DNA of 64,000 bases from an uncultured virus (IMG/VR IMGVR_UViG_3300042860_000278) (taxonomy: Duplodnaviria; Heunggongvirae; Uroviricota; Caudoviricetes). Of the stretch, positions 28,340 to 37,514 are shown in pieces (position 1 is the first letter of the stretch; each line of letters begins with the position of its first letter). The notes beneath the pieces were generated by a model. It did not search any database, was not told the DNA's origin, and was given only the letters and a program-made list of their open reading frames with translations. A program made the translations under genes and the position numbers. The stretch is from the IMG/VR virus record IMGVR_UViG_3300042860_000278; one strand, written 5' to 3'.

Positions 28340-28427
28340 TTCAATTCCTCACATGCGAGTAAGTGTTTACCAGTCTGCATGTCGTCAGTCGGGTCTGTCT
28401 GGTAAACGAATTTTTCCCGATAACGAC
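28335..28427 (-). ncRNA. Structured 5' leader with hammerhead-ribozyme-like topology
   Basis: UCGGG/CCCGA stem, then CUGACGA, then CAUGC/GCAUG stem; 9-bp loop-loop pairing GUUUACCAG/CUGGUAAAC. Confidence 0.5.
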
Positions 28428-28438
28428 TGTATATCACC

Positions 28439-28479
28439 AAAAAAGAGGGGCTACAAGCCTGTTTAACTTGTAACCCCTC
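28439..28479 (-). terminator. Rho-independent terminator after the major capsid gene
   Basis: 13-bp stem GAGGGGUUACAAG/CUUGUAGCCCCUC (one G-U) followed by U6. Confidence 0.85.
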
Positions 28480-28506
28480 AATGCTAGCCCTCTAGGGAGA
28501 AAGCTA

Positions 28507-29415
28507 TCAGGACGCGCCCGGCGAACCGAACATGCCCAGCGGGTCCGACCAGCCGAAGCTATAACGCTCGCGGCTCTTGTACCGGACGTTGCCGGTGTCG
28601 AAATCGCCGTCCATGCTGTTTTGCAGCGGGGTACGAACGAAGTGCTTCATGCCGTTCGGAACGTCGGTCGTCAAGAACCAAGCGTTCGTGTCGGTCAAGA
28701 AGTGGTTCACGGTGTAACCGCCCGGAATCGAACCCATCGCCTTGAGGGCGTTGATGTCGTTGTCAGCGGTCGCAACACGGAGTTCCGTGTCGAGGAGGCG
28801 CTTGGCAGTGAACATCAAAGCCGGGGGAACGATGAGCTTGCCGGGCTTCGCCGCGATCAAGAGACCACGCTCGTCGGTCCAACCAGCGATCTGAATGACA
28901 GCCGCTTCCAACGAAGTTTCGTTGAGGTCAGAAGCCGTCAAACGGTTGCTGTTGGTACCACCCGAGACAAGCGGATGCGAGGCCGAGAACAACGGCTGTC
29001 CGTCACCGCCCGTGTAGGACGAGGAGAAGCCATTGTTAAGGACCGACGCCGCCTTGACTTGCTTCGTGTACGCCATAGCGCGAGCAAGAGCCTTCGTATA
29101 ACGCTTGCTGAGCGAGTCGTACAGGTTGTCTTCAACCGCCTCTTCCGTGATGGAGAAGCCGAGAGCAATCGTCTCGTGGTTGTAGCGAGCAGTCCAAGCT
29201 TCTTGCGCGTTGTCGTACGCAATTGCGGCACCTTCGTTCTTCACGGGGGCGGCGCTGAAGCCGGAAAGCTTGGTCTCTTCTTCGAAGGAACGCTCGGAGG
29301 TCTCAGTCTCGTAGATCTCCTTGTGCTCTTCGCCATAGGTCTTGTACTCAAGGCCGAACAGGGCGTTCAAACCCGGAAGGAGTTCCTTGAGTAATTGTGC
29401 GCGTGAAATAGCCAT
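28507..29415 (-). CDS. Major capsid protein
   Basis: MAISRAQLLKELLPGLNALFGLEY N-terminus, 302 aa, strongly biased codons, downstream of the scaffold and followed by a strong terminator. Confidence 0.9.
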   Translation of the reverse strand: MAISRAQLLKELLPGLNALFGLEYKTYGEEHKEIYETETSERSFEEETKLSGFSAAPVKNEGAAIAYDNAQEAWTARYNHETIALGFSITEEAVEDNLYDSLSKRYTKALARAMAYTKQVKAASVLNNGFSSSYTGGDGQPLFSASHPLVSGGTNSNRLTASDLNETSLEAAVIQIAGWTDERGLLIAAKPGKLIVPPALMFTAKRLLDTELRVATADNDINALKAMGSIPGGYTVNHFLTDTNAWFLTTDVPNGMKHFVRTPLQNSMDGDFDTGNVRYKSRERYSFGWSDPLGMFGSPGAS

Positions 29416-29430
29416 GTCTTAGAACTCCTA

Positions 29431-30090
29431 TTACAGGCCGGTCGGGTTGTTGTAAGCGTGACCGCCCTCAAGCGTACCGGAGTTCACATACGGAGCATTG
29501 AACTTAACGATAACTTCAGGGTAGTAAACGGTGCCGCTGACATCAAACGCGGTGTCCGGAACAACGTCGATAATACGCAGCGGAAGCGAATTGGTCGTGC
29601 TGGCCGAGGTCACGAGGACGCCCTGCTGGGAATCATTCGTGGTCGTGTTCAGCGTGTTCGCAACCAAAGCGACGTTCAGACCAACATCTGAGTACGTGAA
29701 GCCCGTCGAGGTCGAAACCACGAGCGAAGCAGTCACACCCGCCACTTGGAACAGGGTGTCCGGATCTTCGACCACGTACGCAACAACGAACGTGCCCGCC
29801 TTCACCGAAGTGCCCGAAATCCAAGCCTGCGAGTAGGTCGGTTGACCCGTCACAGAGGACACAAACGTGCAACCCAAGAAAACACCAGCAAACCCACGAG
29901 TGGGAGCCGTGCTCTCTTCAGTCGTCACAGCAACGGTGCCGTCGTTGACAAACTTCAGCGGGTCGCCATAGCCAATGCTCGAAGCATTAGAAGCAATACG
30001 ACGCTGACGAGTGGCACCGGCGAACACCTGACCGCCGATCAGATTGATCGGCTTCAAGCCATACGGCTTGCTAACGGTAGGATAAGCCAT
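29431..30090 (-). CDS. Capsid-associated (cement/decoration-like) protein
   Basis: PYGLKP, GVFLGC and DPD.LF motifs; immediately upstream of the major capsid gene. Confidence 0.65.
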   Translation of the reverse strand: MAYPTVSKPYGLKPINLIGGQVFAGATRQRRIASNASSIGYGDPLKFVNDGTVAVTTEESTAPTRGFAGVFLGCTFVSSVTGQPTYSQAWISGTSVKAGTFVVAYVVEDPDTLFQVAGVTASLVVSTSTGFTYSDVGLNVALVANTLNTTTNDSQQGVLVTSASTTNSLPLRIIDVVPDTAFDVSGTVYYPEVIVKFNAPYVNSGTLEGGHAYNNPTGL

Positions 30091-30111
30091 TTGTTACTCC
30101 AAAAAAGAAAG

Positions 30112-30561
30112 TTACTTGCCCTTACCGAATGAGACCGTCGTCTTTTTATCGCTAAAAAGAGGCATACGTTCATCATTCAGCCTCATAAAGTTGTTGTCTA
30201 CCGACTGCAACTGAGACTGAGCTTGCTTCGCGTAATATTCATCACGCTGCTTCATCAGTTCAGCCGGAGCCTTGCAGAGCAACAACCCACCGATCTCGAT
30301 ATTTCCACTAAATTTGGAATTCGGATCGGATTGCATCATCAATTTAGGCTGGTCTTCGGCCCTTACAGGCTCCCAACCTTCCCGGAATTTTGCAGAGGTA
30401 TTAGAAGGATCTGCTTGTCCCATAATACTCGTGCGTATCCATCGGAACACCCAACCGTCTTGCGGCTCCGGTTCAGGGAGCGTCTGGGGCGGGGTCCATT
30501 GTTGTTTGCGCTTGGTGCCTTCTCGGTTTTCGGCTTCTCGCGCCAATCTGTTATCAGCCAT
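30112..30561 (-). CDS. Conserved head-module protein
   Basis: W.PP..LP.P...G..FRWIR, REGWEPV and IGGLLLCK motifs. Confidence 0.7.
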   Translation of the reverse strand: MADNRLAREAENREGTKRKQQWTPPQTLPEPEPQDGWVFRWIRTSIMGQADPSNTSAKFREGWEPVRAEDQPKLMMQSDPNSKFSGNIEIGGLLLCKAPAELMKQRDEYYAKQAQSQLQSVDNNFMRLNDERMPLFSDKKTTVSFGKGK

Positions 30562-31528
30562 TGTTGTTCTCCAGTTTCATGAGTTCACGTGCGTACTGTT
30601 CATTGCTCAAACCAAGACGTTTAGCAAGAGCAACTTGAGTTGTCGTCAGACGAATCTGGCGTGGTGCGGTTGTCCGCGTCACTGGGGCAACTACATTGGC
30701 TGCTTTTGTACGAGTCGGTTTCTCAACCTCTCTCGTTTGATCGGCCTCTCCTTCGAAATACTCAGGAAAACGCCTACGCATGGTCTGGTCAATCTGCTTG
30801 TAGTATTCATCACTACGAGGATCAACCTTCGCCCTGACCAATTTTTCGTGCAGTCCAAGTGCGAGGGCGGTCATCTCCTCGTCTGTTCCAAACCACGTAT
30901 TACTCTGCCTCCAAGCCTCTGCCTTCGGGTCAACTGGCGGGGCGTTGTACTGTGGCTGGTTTTGAACCTGCTTATTTTCATTATTTACGCCTAATTCAGA
31001 CTCTTGTAAAGATGGTCTGAATTTTTCTACCTCACGGAGCCGTAATTTGGCATCCGTCAGAACCTCTTGGGCTGCGGTAATAGCCTCCGCATCCCCCGAT
31101 TCATAAGCCGCACGGAGTTTATCCTTTGCCGAATTAAGTTCTGTGTTAGCGGCTTTAGTAATCTCGTGGGCGAATACCCGCTCCCCAGTACCTAATCGCT
31201 GCTTTAACTGGCGATTTTCTTCGTACTGAGCCTGTGCAAAACGAAGGGCTTCTTCCTTCTCACGGGCTGCGGCTTCTTTAGCACGACGCTCGTCGTGGTA
31301 AACCCGCTTCATCTGAATCAGCTTGTTTTTTACCTTTTCGCTGTATTCATCAAGCGAGTCATTTTCCAAATCTTCCACCACCTCCTTGGGTAGTGGAGCG
31401 CGGTCCCGGTCCTTAGTTGGGGTATCGTCTATAACTTGTATATCTAACGAGTCCCCGGAATCCTGTTCAGAAGACGCTTTCGTCTCCTCAATCTCGTCCG
31501 GAAACTTAAATTCCTGCTGTTCAGCCAT
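30554..31528 (-). CDS. Scaffolding protein
   Basis: Acidic N-terminus, coiled coil, W...N.WFG and C-terminal L...Q..LAKRLG...EQYA; lies between portal and capsid. Confidence 0.7.
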   Translation of the reverse strand: MAEQQEFKFPDEIEETKASSEQDSGDSLDIQVIDDTPTKDRDRAPLPKEVVEDLENDSLDEYSEKVKNKLIQMKRVYHDERRAKEAAAREKEEALRFAQAQYEENRQLKQRLGTGERVFAHEITKAANTELNSAKDKLRAAYESGDAEAITAAQEVLTDAKLRLREVEKFRPSLQESELGVNNENKQVQNQPQYNAPPVDPKAEAWRQSNTWFGTDEEMTALALGLHEKLVRAKVDPRSDEYYKQIDQTMRRRFPEYFEGEADQTREVEKPTRTKAANVVAPVTRTTAPRQIRLTTTQVALAKRLGLSNEQYARELMKLENNNG

Positions 31529-31540
31529 GATAATTACTCC

Positions 31541-31918
31541 TTATGCTCGTCGGATTCCACGGGGGTCTTCAACCACCGCTTCCACCGTATCGTCGTTAAT
31601 GATGCGGAACTCTCGACCGTGGATGACCACACGGGTGCCTGAATACGGACGAGTCAGAACGAAATCGCCCTCTTTGCACCACGGTCCTGTCGGAAACCGA
31701 TCCTTATCCTGATAGCAGAGGTCTCCCATCTTCACGACGAACAGAACCACGGTGGTCTGCTCCTCGACTCGTTTGGTGTCGTCTGCTTTGATGATTCCCC
31801 CATCGAACTCCTCTTCTACGTGCGGAACCGCACACAGAATTCGGTAGCCCTTGGGTTCTGGCAGTAGTTTTGCCTTCGCGGCCTCTTCCTGCGTCTTCTC
31901 TACGTCGATGCTACTCAT
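31541..31918 (-). CDS. GroES/Cpn10-like co-chaperonin
   Basis: P.GYRIL, GGII, G.WC.EGD.V, YSG and RIINDD.V.AV pattern. Confidence 0.8.
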   Translation of the reverse strand: MSSIDVEKTQEEAAKAKLLPEPKGYRILCAVPHVEEEFDGGIIKADDTKRVEEQTTVVLFVVKMGDLCYQDKDRFPTGPWCKEGDFVLTRPYSGTRVVIHGREFRIINDDTVEAVVEDPRGIRRA

Positions 31919-32105
31919 CGTTTTGTTCCATCCTCTTCACTAGGTCTTTAATGTGGTTTTTAGCGAGGTCTAGACCCTGTAATACCCCGCATAACCTCTT
32001 GTATTCAGGCTCGCTAAGCTTGCCTTGAATTAGTGTCTCAACAATCAATCGACGCTCTTCTTCAAGCTTAGAGTCGAGATAGTCGAGTGGTGTGCTGTAA
32101 CTCAT
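31911..32105 (-). CDS. Small helical protein downstream of portal
   Basis: EYK.LCG..QGL motif; TAATG-coupled to the portal gene. Confidence 0.7.
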   Translation of the reverse strand: MSYSTPLDYLDSKLEEERRLIVETLIQGKLSEPEYKRLCGVLQGLDLAKNHIKDLVKRMEQNDE

Positions 32106-34678
32106 TACTTACCTTTGCCCTTCGGCGGTCGTTGGCGGTCCTGTTCCGCCATAGCTCTGTCTCGTGCGATAGACGCACCCAGCTTTGCCCCTTCAAGCTC
32201 CATACGCTCTGAGGCTTCGCGGATCTTTTGCTCAGTGAGACGCTTCTCCTTCGCCACATCAACGCCAAGCTTCGCTCCTTCAAGCTCTTGCCGCGAGCGA
32301 ATCTCCATCTCGCGAAGCTTGATCTCGTCAGCTTTGATGGCAGCGTCAATCGCCATCTTCTGCGCTTGAGTCTGACTGCTCTGCTGCATCTTCTGTGCTT
32401 CAAGCTGCATGTCTTGCTGCATCTTCTGAGCCTTGAGTTCCAACTCTTTGGCGCGAAGCTGAAGCTCCATCTGCTGCATCTGCACGAGCGGATCTTGCTG
32501 TTGCTGGGCAATCTTCTGCGCTTGAGCCTCGGCCTGATCCTTCTGGAGAAGCTGACCTGCTGCCGCCGCTGCAAGCTGAGCAATCTGTGCGGCAACTTCT
32601 GGCTTGATCTCCGGACGGTCTTCGTCGTCCTCGGTATACGGCGGAAGATTGGCACCCAACTGCTTTTCGATCTCTTTGCGGTACTGGAACGCCACATGCT
32701 CCATCACGTGAGCAGCACCTGCTGCCATGATGGCTTGCGCTTGCGGGTTTTGCCCCACGACCTGCATGATCTTCGGGTCTTGCATCGCAGCCATGTGCAC
32801 CTGCAAGTGAGCCTCGTGATCCTGTTCGATGAATGCTTTGACGGGCTTGCCCATCAGCAGATTCATATTCTCCGTCACCGGATCAATCGGCTTCTGATCG
32901 TCCGGCATCGGTATTATCTTGGCAGCGTTCTTAATCCCTAACGTCTCAATCATCTGACGATGCAGATACGGCATGTCGTAAATCTGCGGATTGGTCTGAG
33001 ATAACTGAAGAACGGCTTGGTACTGCACAATCTTCTGCGACATCGTTGCCGCATTTGGATCGCTGACCGGGATCACATCGACGTTATCGTAGTCAGACTT
33101 CTTAGCCTTCTTTGAGCCAACCTCTGGCTCATAGCTGTACTCGTCCGGCGTGTTATCACGGATGATGGCCGCAAGCAGTTTGAACTCCTGCTTCATCGCG
33201 TAGTACACACGCGCCTGCACAGCCGACATCACTTTGAGGACGCGTTCGAGGACGGCAAGAGTTGTTCCCACCGGAGCCTGTGACGACATATCCGAGATCT
33301 TGAGATCCGACACCGCAGCGAAACGACGGCCTTCCTCCACAACCTTGTCCATCAACATGGCAAGAGTCTGGCTCGGCTCTTTGTAGGGCAGCGGGAGAAT
33401 GTTGTCTCGCACTGCGCCGCTCGGTACGTCTACATCTCGCCACTCGCCGGGAGCAATAGGCGTATCGTCTCCCTTAATTCGCAACCCGCGCGACTTGAGA
33501 CCACCCGGAAGGTTGCTGAGTGTTCCTGCGTCGATAAGCTGGCGAAGAAGTGATGTAGCTGCTTTAGAGTGTCCGCCGATAAGGTGGATGAGACCAAAGT
33601 AGTAGAACCCGAAGCCGGGGATGTAACCATAATGAACAAAGTGCTGTCGCTTGGCTTTGAGGTCATCGTCTTCTCTCCAGTTCCTGCGAATTGCTAGAAC
33701 TGTTCCTGTCCCCTTCTCAATCGTCACCACGTACGGCAGTGCAATCCCAGTCTCGTGATTGTCCTTGTCCACATCCGGATAACCCGGCAGGTCGAGGTTC
33801 ACGTGCATCTCAAGCAACTGGAACCGGTCGTCCATCGAAGCCGAGAAGCCTTGGTCCTCTGCCTTCTGCTTCTCCACTTCGTCCATGACACGAACCGGAT
33901 CACCCAAGTCCACATCACGATAGAACCCGGCGTACTGAAGCTTCTTCAACTCATTCTTCGTCTTACGCATACGGTGCGTAACACGCTCAGCCGTTTCTAA
34001 GTTAGCTGCGCCGTACGGCACGATGATGTCTTCGGCTGGGATATAGACCGCAGTCTGACGGTCGAGGCTCGGGTCGAAGTACACCTTCTTAAAGGCGTTA
34101 CCCGCCAAAGCCAAAGAAAGAAGAAGCCGTTCATGCTCCGGGCGATACTCCGGCATCTTCTCAGTCAGCTTATAGTTCATGTCATCTTGGACACGAATCG
34201 CTGAGTCGCGCTTCTCCGGGGTTTCTTTGCCGATGATCTTGGTCTTGACCGGACCCATCGCAGGGAAGGTCTCCATGATCGTCTCGGACTGAAACTTAAC
34301 CGCCGACTCCATCAGAAGAGGATGAAAGACTCCGCATGCACCCGGCCACGGCTCTGTTCTTTCCTCGTACCGGATACCTAGAATCTTCAAGCCTTTCACA
34401 TATGTGTCGAGCCAATCTTTGCGGGAAGAGAGGTCGCCTTCGTAGTTCCCGATTAATTCGGAAGCAAGAGTCTGCAACTCGTTCTCTTCCATGTACTCCG
34501 CGAGGTTGGCATCAAAGTCCTCGGCTCGCGGCTCACGCTTCATTAGCTCGACAACAACACCGTCCATATCGACGGATACGCTCTCGGGGTCTTCGATCTC
34601 AATCTTGATCGGCTCTTCGTCTGCGGCGAGAGCTTCCATCCCCATAGGAGCCTGCATTAAACTTTTATCGACGGCCAT
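32105..34678 (-). CDS. Portal protein (P22-like, long C-terminal coiled coil)
   Basis: 857 aa right after TerL; PW.GA.GV.HP, G.AFKK.Y.D and PG.GFY..GL motifs; Gln-rich barrel-like tail. Confidence 0.88.
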   Translation of the reverse strand: MAVDKSLMQAPMGMEALAADEEPIKIEIEDPESVSVDMDGVVVELMKREPRAEDFDANLAEYMEENELQTLASELIGNYEGDLSSRKDWLDTYVKGLKILGIRYEERTEPWPGACGVFHPLLMESAVKFQSETIMETFPAMGPVKTKIIGKETPEKRDSAIRVQDDMNYKLTEKMPEYRPEHERLLLSLALAGNAFKKVYFDPSLDRQTAVYIPAEDIIVPYGAANLETAERVTHRMRKTKNELKKLQYAGFYRDVDLGDPVRVMDEVEKQKAEDQGFSASMDDRFQLLEMHVNLDLPGYPDVDKDNHETGIALPYVVTIEKGTGTVLAIRRNWREDDDLKAKRQHFVHYGYIPGFGFYYFGLIHLIGGHSKAATSLLRQLIDAGTLSNLPGGLKSRGLRIKGDDTPIAPGEWRDVDVPSGAVRDNILPLPYKEPSQTLAMLMDKVVEEGRRFAAVSDLKISDMSSQAPVGTTLAVLERVLKVMSAVQARVYYAMKQEFKLLAAIIRDNTPDEYSYEPEVGSKKAKKSDYDNVDVIPVSDPNAATMSQKIVQYQAVLQLSQTNPQIYDMPYLHRQMIETLGIKNAAKIIPMPDDQKPIDPVTENMNLLMGKPVKAFIEQDHEAHLQVHMAAMQDPKIMQVVGQNPQAQAIMAAGAAHVMEHVAFQYRKEIEKQLGANLPPYTEDDEDRPEIKPEVAAQIAQLAAAAAGQLLQKDQAEAQAQKIAQQQQDPLVQMQQMELQLRAKELELKAQKMQQDMQLEAQKMQQSSQTQAQKMAIDAAIKADEIKLREMEIRSRQELEGAKLGVDVAKEKRLTEQKIREASERMELEGAKLGASIARDRAMAEQDRQRPPKGKGK

Positions 34679-34688
34679 TTAAAATCTC

Positions 34689-36200
34689 CTAGTAATACGA
34701 TTCGCGCCTGTGGCTCTTGAACCATTTAATCGGTTCAGGCTCGTCAGACGGCAAACGGAGGAAACCACCCTGCCGGAAACGAAGTAGGGCTAGGGTAGTC
34801 GAGTCCACCAAGTCGTCATTAGACCCGGACGGGAAATCATTACACTCTTCAATAACTTCGTGCGCCCACCTGCGGTCAGGTGCCCAGACTATACCCGCCG
34901 CAAACAAATCTGACACGGCATTTACGCGAGTGATCTTGTCTTGGCCTTTGCTCGGGGTAAATTCCGATATCGGAACACCCATCCTTCTCATTTCCTGATA
35001 GAGCGCCGCACCGTTGGATTTCTTTTCCACAATGAACGTGTCCGGGTTCCACTCCCGGTACTCCTCCAGAACTAATGCCTTTAGCTCTGGGAACTCTAAT
35101 CGTTTCTTAATGCTGTTCAGGAGGATGATGTTGTGGTTGTTGGTCTCTTCATTAAAGAAGACACCCCACGTGGTCAGGGCATTGAAGTCCGACCGGTTGG
35201 TTTTCTCCTGAGCGGCGTCGAGCGACATAATAATGTGCTCACAGCGAGGCGGGTCGTCCTTCTCCCATATCTGCCACCACTCCCGCTTGATCAGAGCGCC
35301 TTCTTCCGAGGTCGGCTCCTGCATGTACTGGGCTTGCCAGTACCGAACGTCCATCGACGCCTTCTTGGAGAGCAACTCTTCTATCGTCCAGAACTCAGGC
35401 CAGAGCGGCTCGTCGTTCAGGATGGCTGGGAACTCAACCACTTCCCACTGATCCGCCTCATCTTCGCGGGTCATGTGGTCAATAATCTTGCCGGTCAAGT
35501 CCATCTTCGACCATCGGGTCATCACCACGATGATCGCGCCACCCGGCATCAGTCGCTGGACCGGACCTGACTGGAACCACTCCCAAGCCGGTTCAAAAAC
35601 GTCCGCACGACCCTGCTTGGCTTCCTGCTCCGAATGAGGGTCATCAATAATAAATAGATCGGCACCGCGACCAGCGAGAGCACCGCCCACACCAATAGCA
35701 AAATACTCACCGTTAAAGTTAGTACCCCAACGGCTAGCACTTTTAGAGTCAGCTTGTAGCTCGACGTTAGGGAAAACATCACGGTAACTCTCCGATCCAA
35801 CTAGGTTTCTAACTCGCCTACCAAAATTGACAGCCAAATCGGCTGTGTGCGAGGCCATAATCACTTTTTTCTGCGGGTATTTACCCAAAAACCACGCCGG
35901 AGCGAGGTAAGAAATCATTTCTGACTTGCCGTGACGGGGTGCAATGTTCACGATGACCCGTTTTTTCTTACCGGCAGCGATTTCTTCGAAGATTCTCGCT
36001 AATTTCCGGTGGTGCGGACCTACTTTGTAGCCCGGATACACGTGGCTAATAAAGTCTAGGAAGGAATCCTTTCCTAAGCGTTGTGTTATCTGTTGCTGAT
36101 AACTCTTCAATAGCTCAGCAACACGCCGTTTCTCCTTGTCCGGCATGGTTGGCAACGCTGAGCGTAGCTTTTGTAGGCTTTCAGGCGTTAATTGGAGCAT
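34689..36200 (-). CDS. terL: Terminase large subunit
   Basis: APRHGKS Walker A, IIDDP Walker B, VVMTRW, QYMQEP, nuclease-domain SLD.A and DD.VDS. Confidence 0.95.
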   Translation of the reverse strand: MLQLTPESLQKLRSALPTMPDKEKRRVAELLKSYQQQITQRLGKDSFLDFISHVYPGYKVGPHHRKLARIFEEIAAGKKKRVIVNIAPRHGKSEMISYLAPAWFLGKYPQKKVIMASHTADLAVNFGRRVRNLVGSESYRDVFPNVELQADSKSASRWGTNFNGEYFAIGVGGALAGRGADLFIIDDPHSEQEAKQGRADVFEPAWEWFQSGPVQRLMPGGAIIVVMTRWSKMDLTGKIIDHMTREDEADQWEVVEFPAILNDEPLWPEFWTIEELLSKKASMDVRYWQAQYMQEPTSEEGALIKREWWQIWEKDDPPRCEHIIMSLDAAQEKTNRSDFNALTTWGVFFNEETNNHNIILLNSIKKRLEFPELKALVLEEYREWNPDTFIVEKKSNGAALYQEMRRMGVPISEFTPSKGQDKITRVNAVSDLFAAGIVWAPDRRWAHEVIEECNDFPSGSNDDLVDSTTLALLRFRQGGFLRLPSDEPEPIKWFKSHRRESYY

Positions 36201-36732
36201 CGGTCTGGCTTATAACTTTCACTTCGATGCCCTCTAGCACGGTAAGAAGTTCTTTTTCGACTTCTTCGATGGGTTTAATGACATGCGTTATTTCGCTACG
36301 CCGTTTAAATGCATCAATACCGTCTACTTCACCGAGTGTTTTCAAGGCTGCGACGCGAACGCGAGGGTCTTTAGCCTCTTCGATCTCCATCACAAGCTTG
36401 TTGATGATGTAGTTTTTCATCTCTGCCAACTCATCTACTAGTTGGCAGTTCATGTTCTGAACCATACCGGCCAAGTAGGCGACGGTTTCGTTCGGATACT
36501 TAGCAAAATCGACCTTCTCTCTCGGGTTGAGCAACATACTTTTGCCCAGTTCCCCGGCTTCTTTAATGTGTTCTTGACTGGCTGACAGCGGTTCGTTGTT
36601 GATATCAGCTAGAAGCTTAATAGTTCTTGCCCGCATCTCTAGCTCTTCATGCGCGGTGAGCGGAGGCAGGGCTTCGGCTGCGTTCTTAGGCAGCGGGATG
36701 CCGTCCTCAATGTCGGGAAGAATTGTCTCCAT
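36181..36732 (-). CDS. Probable terminase small subunit
   Basis: First late gene, overlaps the TerL start; R..ALK.LG...G..F motif. Confidence 0.55.
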   Translation of the reverse strand: METILPDIEDGIPLPKNAAEALPPLTAHEELEMRARTIKLLADINNEPLSASQEHIKEAGELGKSMLLNPREKVDFAKYPNETVAYLAGMVQNMNCQLVDELAEMKNYIINKLVMEIEEAKDPRVRVAALKTLGEVDGIDAFKRRSEITHVIKPIEEVEKELLTVLEGIEVKVISQTDAPINA

Positions 36733-36918
36733 TAACTATAGATATAACAGAAAAACCGCATGGTACCAAATTGATGACGGGGGGTGTTTCTATATGAGGG
36801 GGGTGGGGTACCAAACTTTGGAAAATGCGTAGTTATTTGTGTGGATTATGGGGTGTGGGGTGCGCGCGGAGTCCCGAATCCATTTCGGTGGGTATACCCC
36901 CAGTGGGGTGCGCGAAAC

Positions 36919-36946
36919 TTGACTTTTCCATCGTTTATGATAATAT
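36919..36946 (+). promoter_or_regulatory. Sigma70-type early promoter
   Basis: TTGACT-16 bp-TAATAT with TG extension; followed by a 5' hairpin ACGGTCA-AGG-TGACCGT (36953-36969). Confidence 0.65.
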
Positions 36947-36987
36947 TAAATCACGGTCAAGGTGACCGTCAAAACGGAGAATCGGAA

Positions 36988-37149
36988 ATGGAAAAGATGG
37001 ACGCACTGGTGGATTTGGTACGAGCACTGTCAAAGAAGTGCGAGGAACTTGAGCAAGCTCAAAACCGTGTTGAGATGTATAAGCGATGGTACGAGCAAGA
37101 AAAGGAAGAGAAGAAAGAGCTTCGCGAACGTCTCAACCGTCAAGCCTAA
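36988..37149 (+). CDS. Early hypothetical coiled-coil protein (53 aa)
   Basis: GGAGAATCGG RBS before ATG 36988, downstream of the promoter. Confidence 0.65.
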   Translation: MEKMDALVDLVRALSKKCEELEQAQNRVEMYKRWYEQEKEEKKELRERLNRQA

Positions 37150-37158
37150 TCACCAAGC

Positions 37159-37186
37159 GGCGAGGGGGGCGAAAGCCCCCCGAGCC
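37159..37186 (+). promoter_or_regulatory. Intergenic GAAA-tetraloop hairpin, copy 1
   Basis: GGC-GA-GGGGGGC-GAAA-GCCCCCC-GA-GCC, directly before an SD; no U tract. Confidence 0.6.
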
Positions 37187-37198
37187 AAGGAGAGAATC

Positions 37199-37468
37199 AT
37201 GATTCGCCCATTGAATGAAATCGCCCACGATATCCACAGCAACTGGACAGCGTTACGCAACAATCCTAACCATTACGCTGCACCATACCTCCAAGCCATG
37301 TATGCGTTGGAGTCAATCAACGACAACTTTTATGCAGATTCGGGTCGAAGCGTAGTGTTGTACTTCCTTGCCAATGCCAACTCATGGCGCGGCGACACCG
37401 CTCGACGAATAAAGGCTGAACTCAAAGCCATGCTGAAGCCGCAGCAACTCAAACTTAACCTTCAATAA
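37199..37468 (+). CDS. Conserved early phage protein (RPL.EIA..I...W...A.PYL.AM...YFL.NA..WRG)
   Basis: AGGAGAGAATC RBS; recognisable early-gene pattern. Confidence 0.75.
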   Translation: MIRPLNEIAHDIHSNWTALRNNPNHYAAPYLQAMYALESINDNFYADSGRSVVLYFLANANSWRGDTARRIKAELKAMLKPQQLKLNLQ

Positions 37469-37474
37469 CTAACA

Positions 37475-37502
37475 GGCGGAGGGGGCGAAAGCCCCCCGAG
37501 CC
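37475..37502 (+). promoter_or_regulatory. Intergenic GAAA-tetraloop hairpin, copy 2
   Basis: Near-identical to 37159-37186, again directly before an SD. Confidence 0.6.
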
Positions 37503-37514
37503 AGAGGGAATTAA

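Noticed and set aside
28335..28427. Calling it a canonical active hammerhead ribozyme
   Set aside because: GAAA does not directly follow stem II and the cleavage-site geometry has an extra nucleotide; it is reported only as hammerhead-like.
28621..29394. 257-aa plus-strand ORF, and similar long antisense ORFs (e.g. 3862-4518, 32228-32941, 37921-38739, 55371-55982)
   Set aside because: They are shadows of strongly codon-biased genes on the opposite strand and have no recognisable motifs.
36784..37198. Upstream extensions of ORFs 36784-37149 and 36962-37468 (likewise 39354, 44926, 46431 and 52598 starts)
   Set aside because: The extensions cross promoters, hairpins or upstream genes; downstream starts have clear RBSs.
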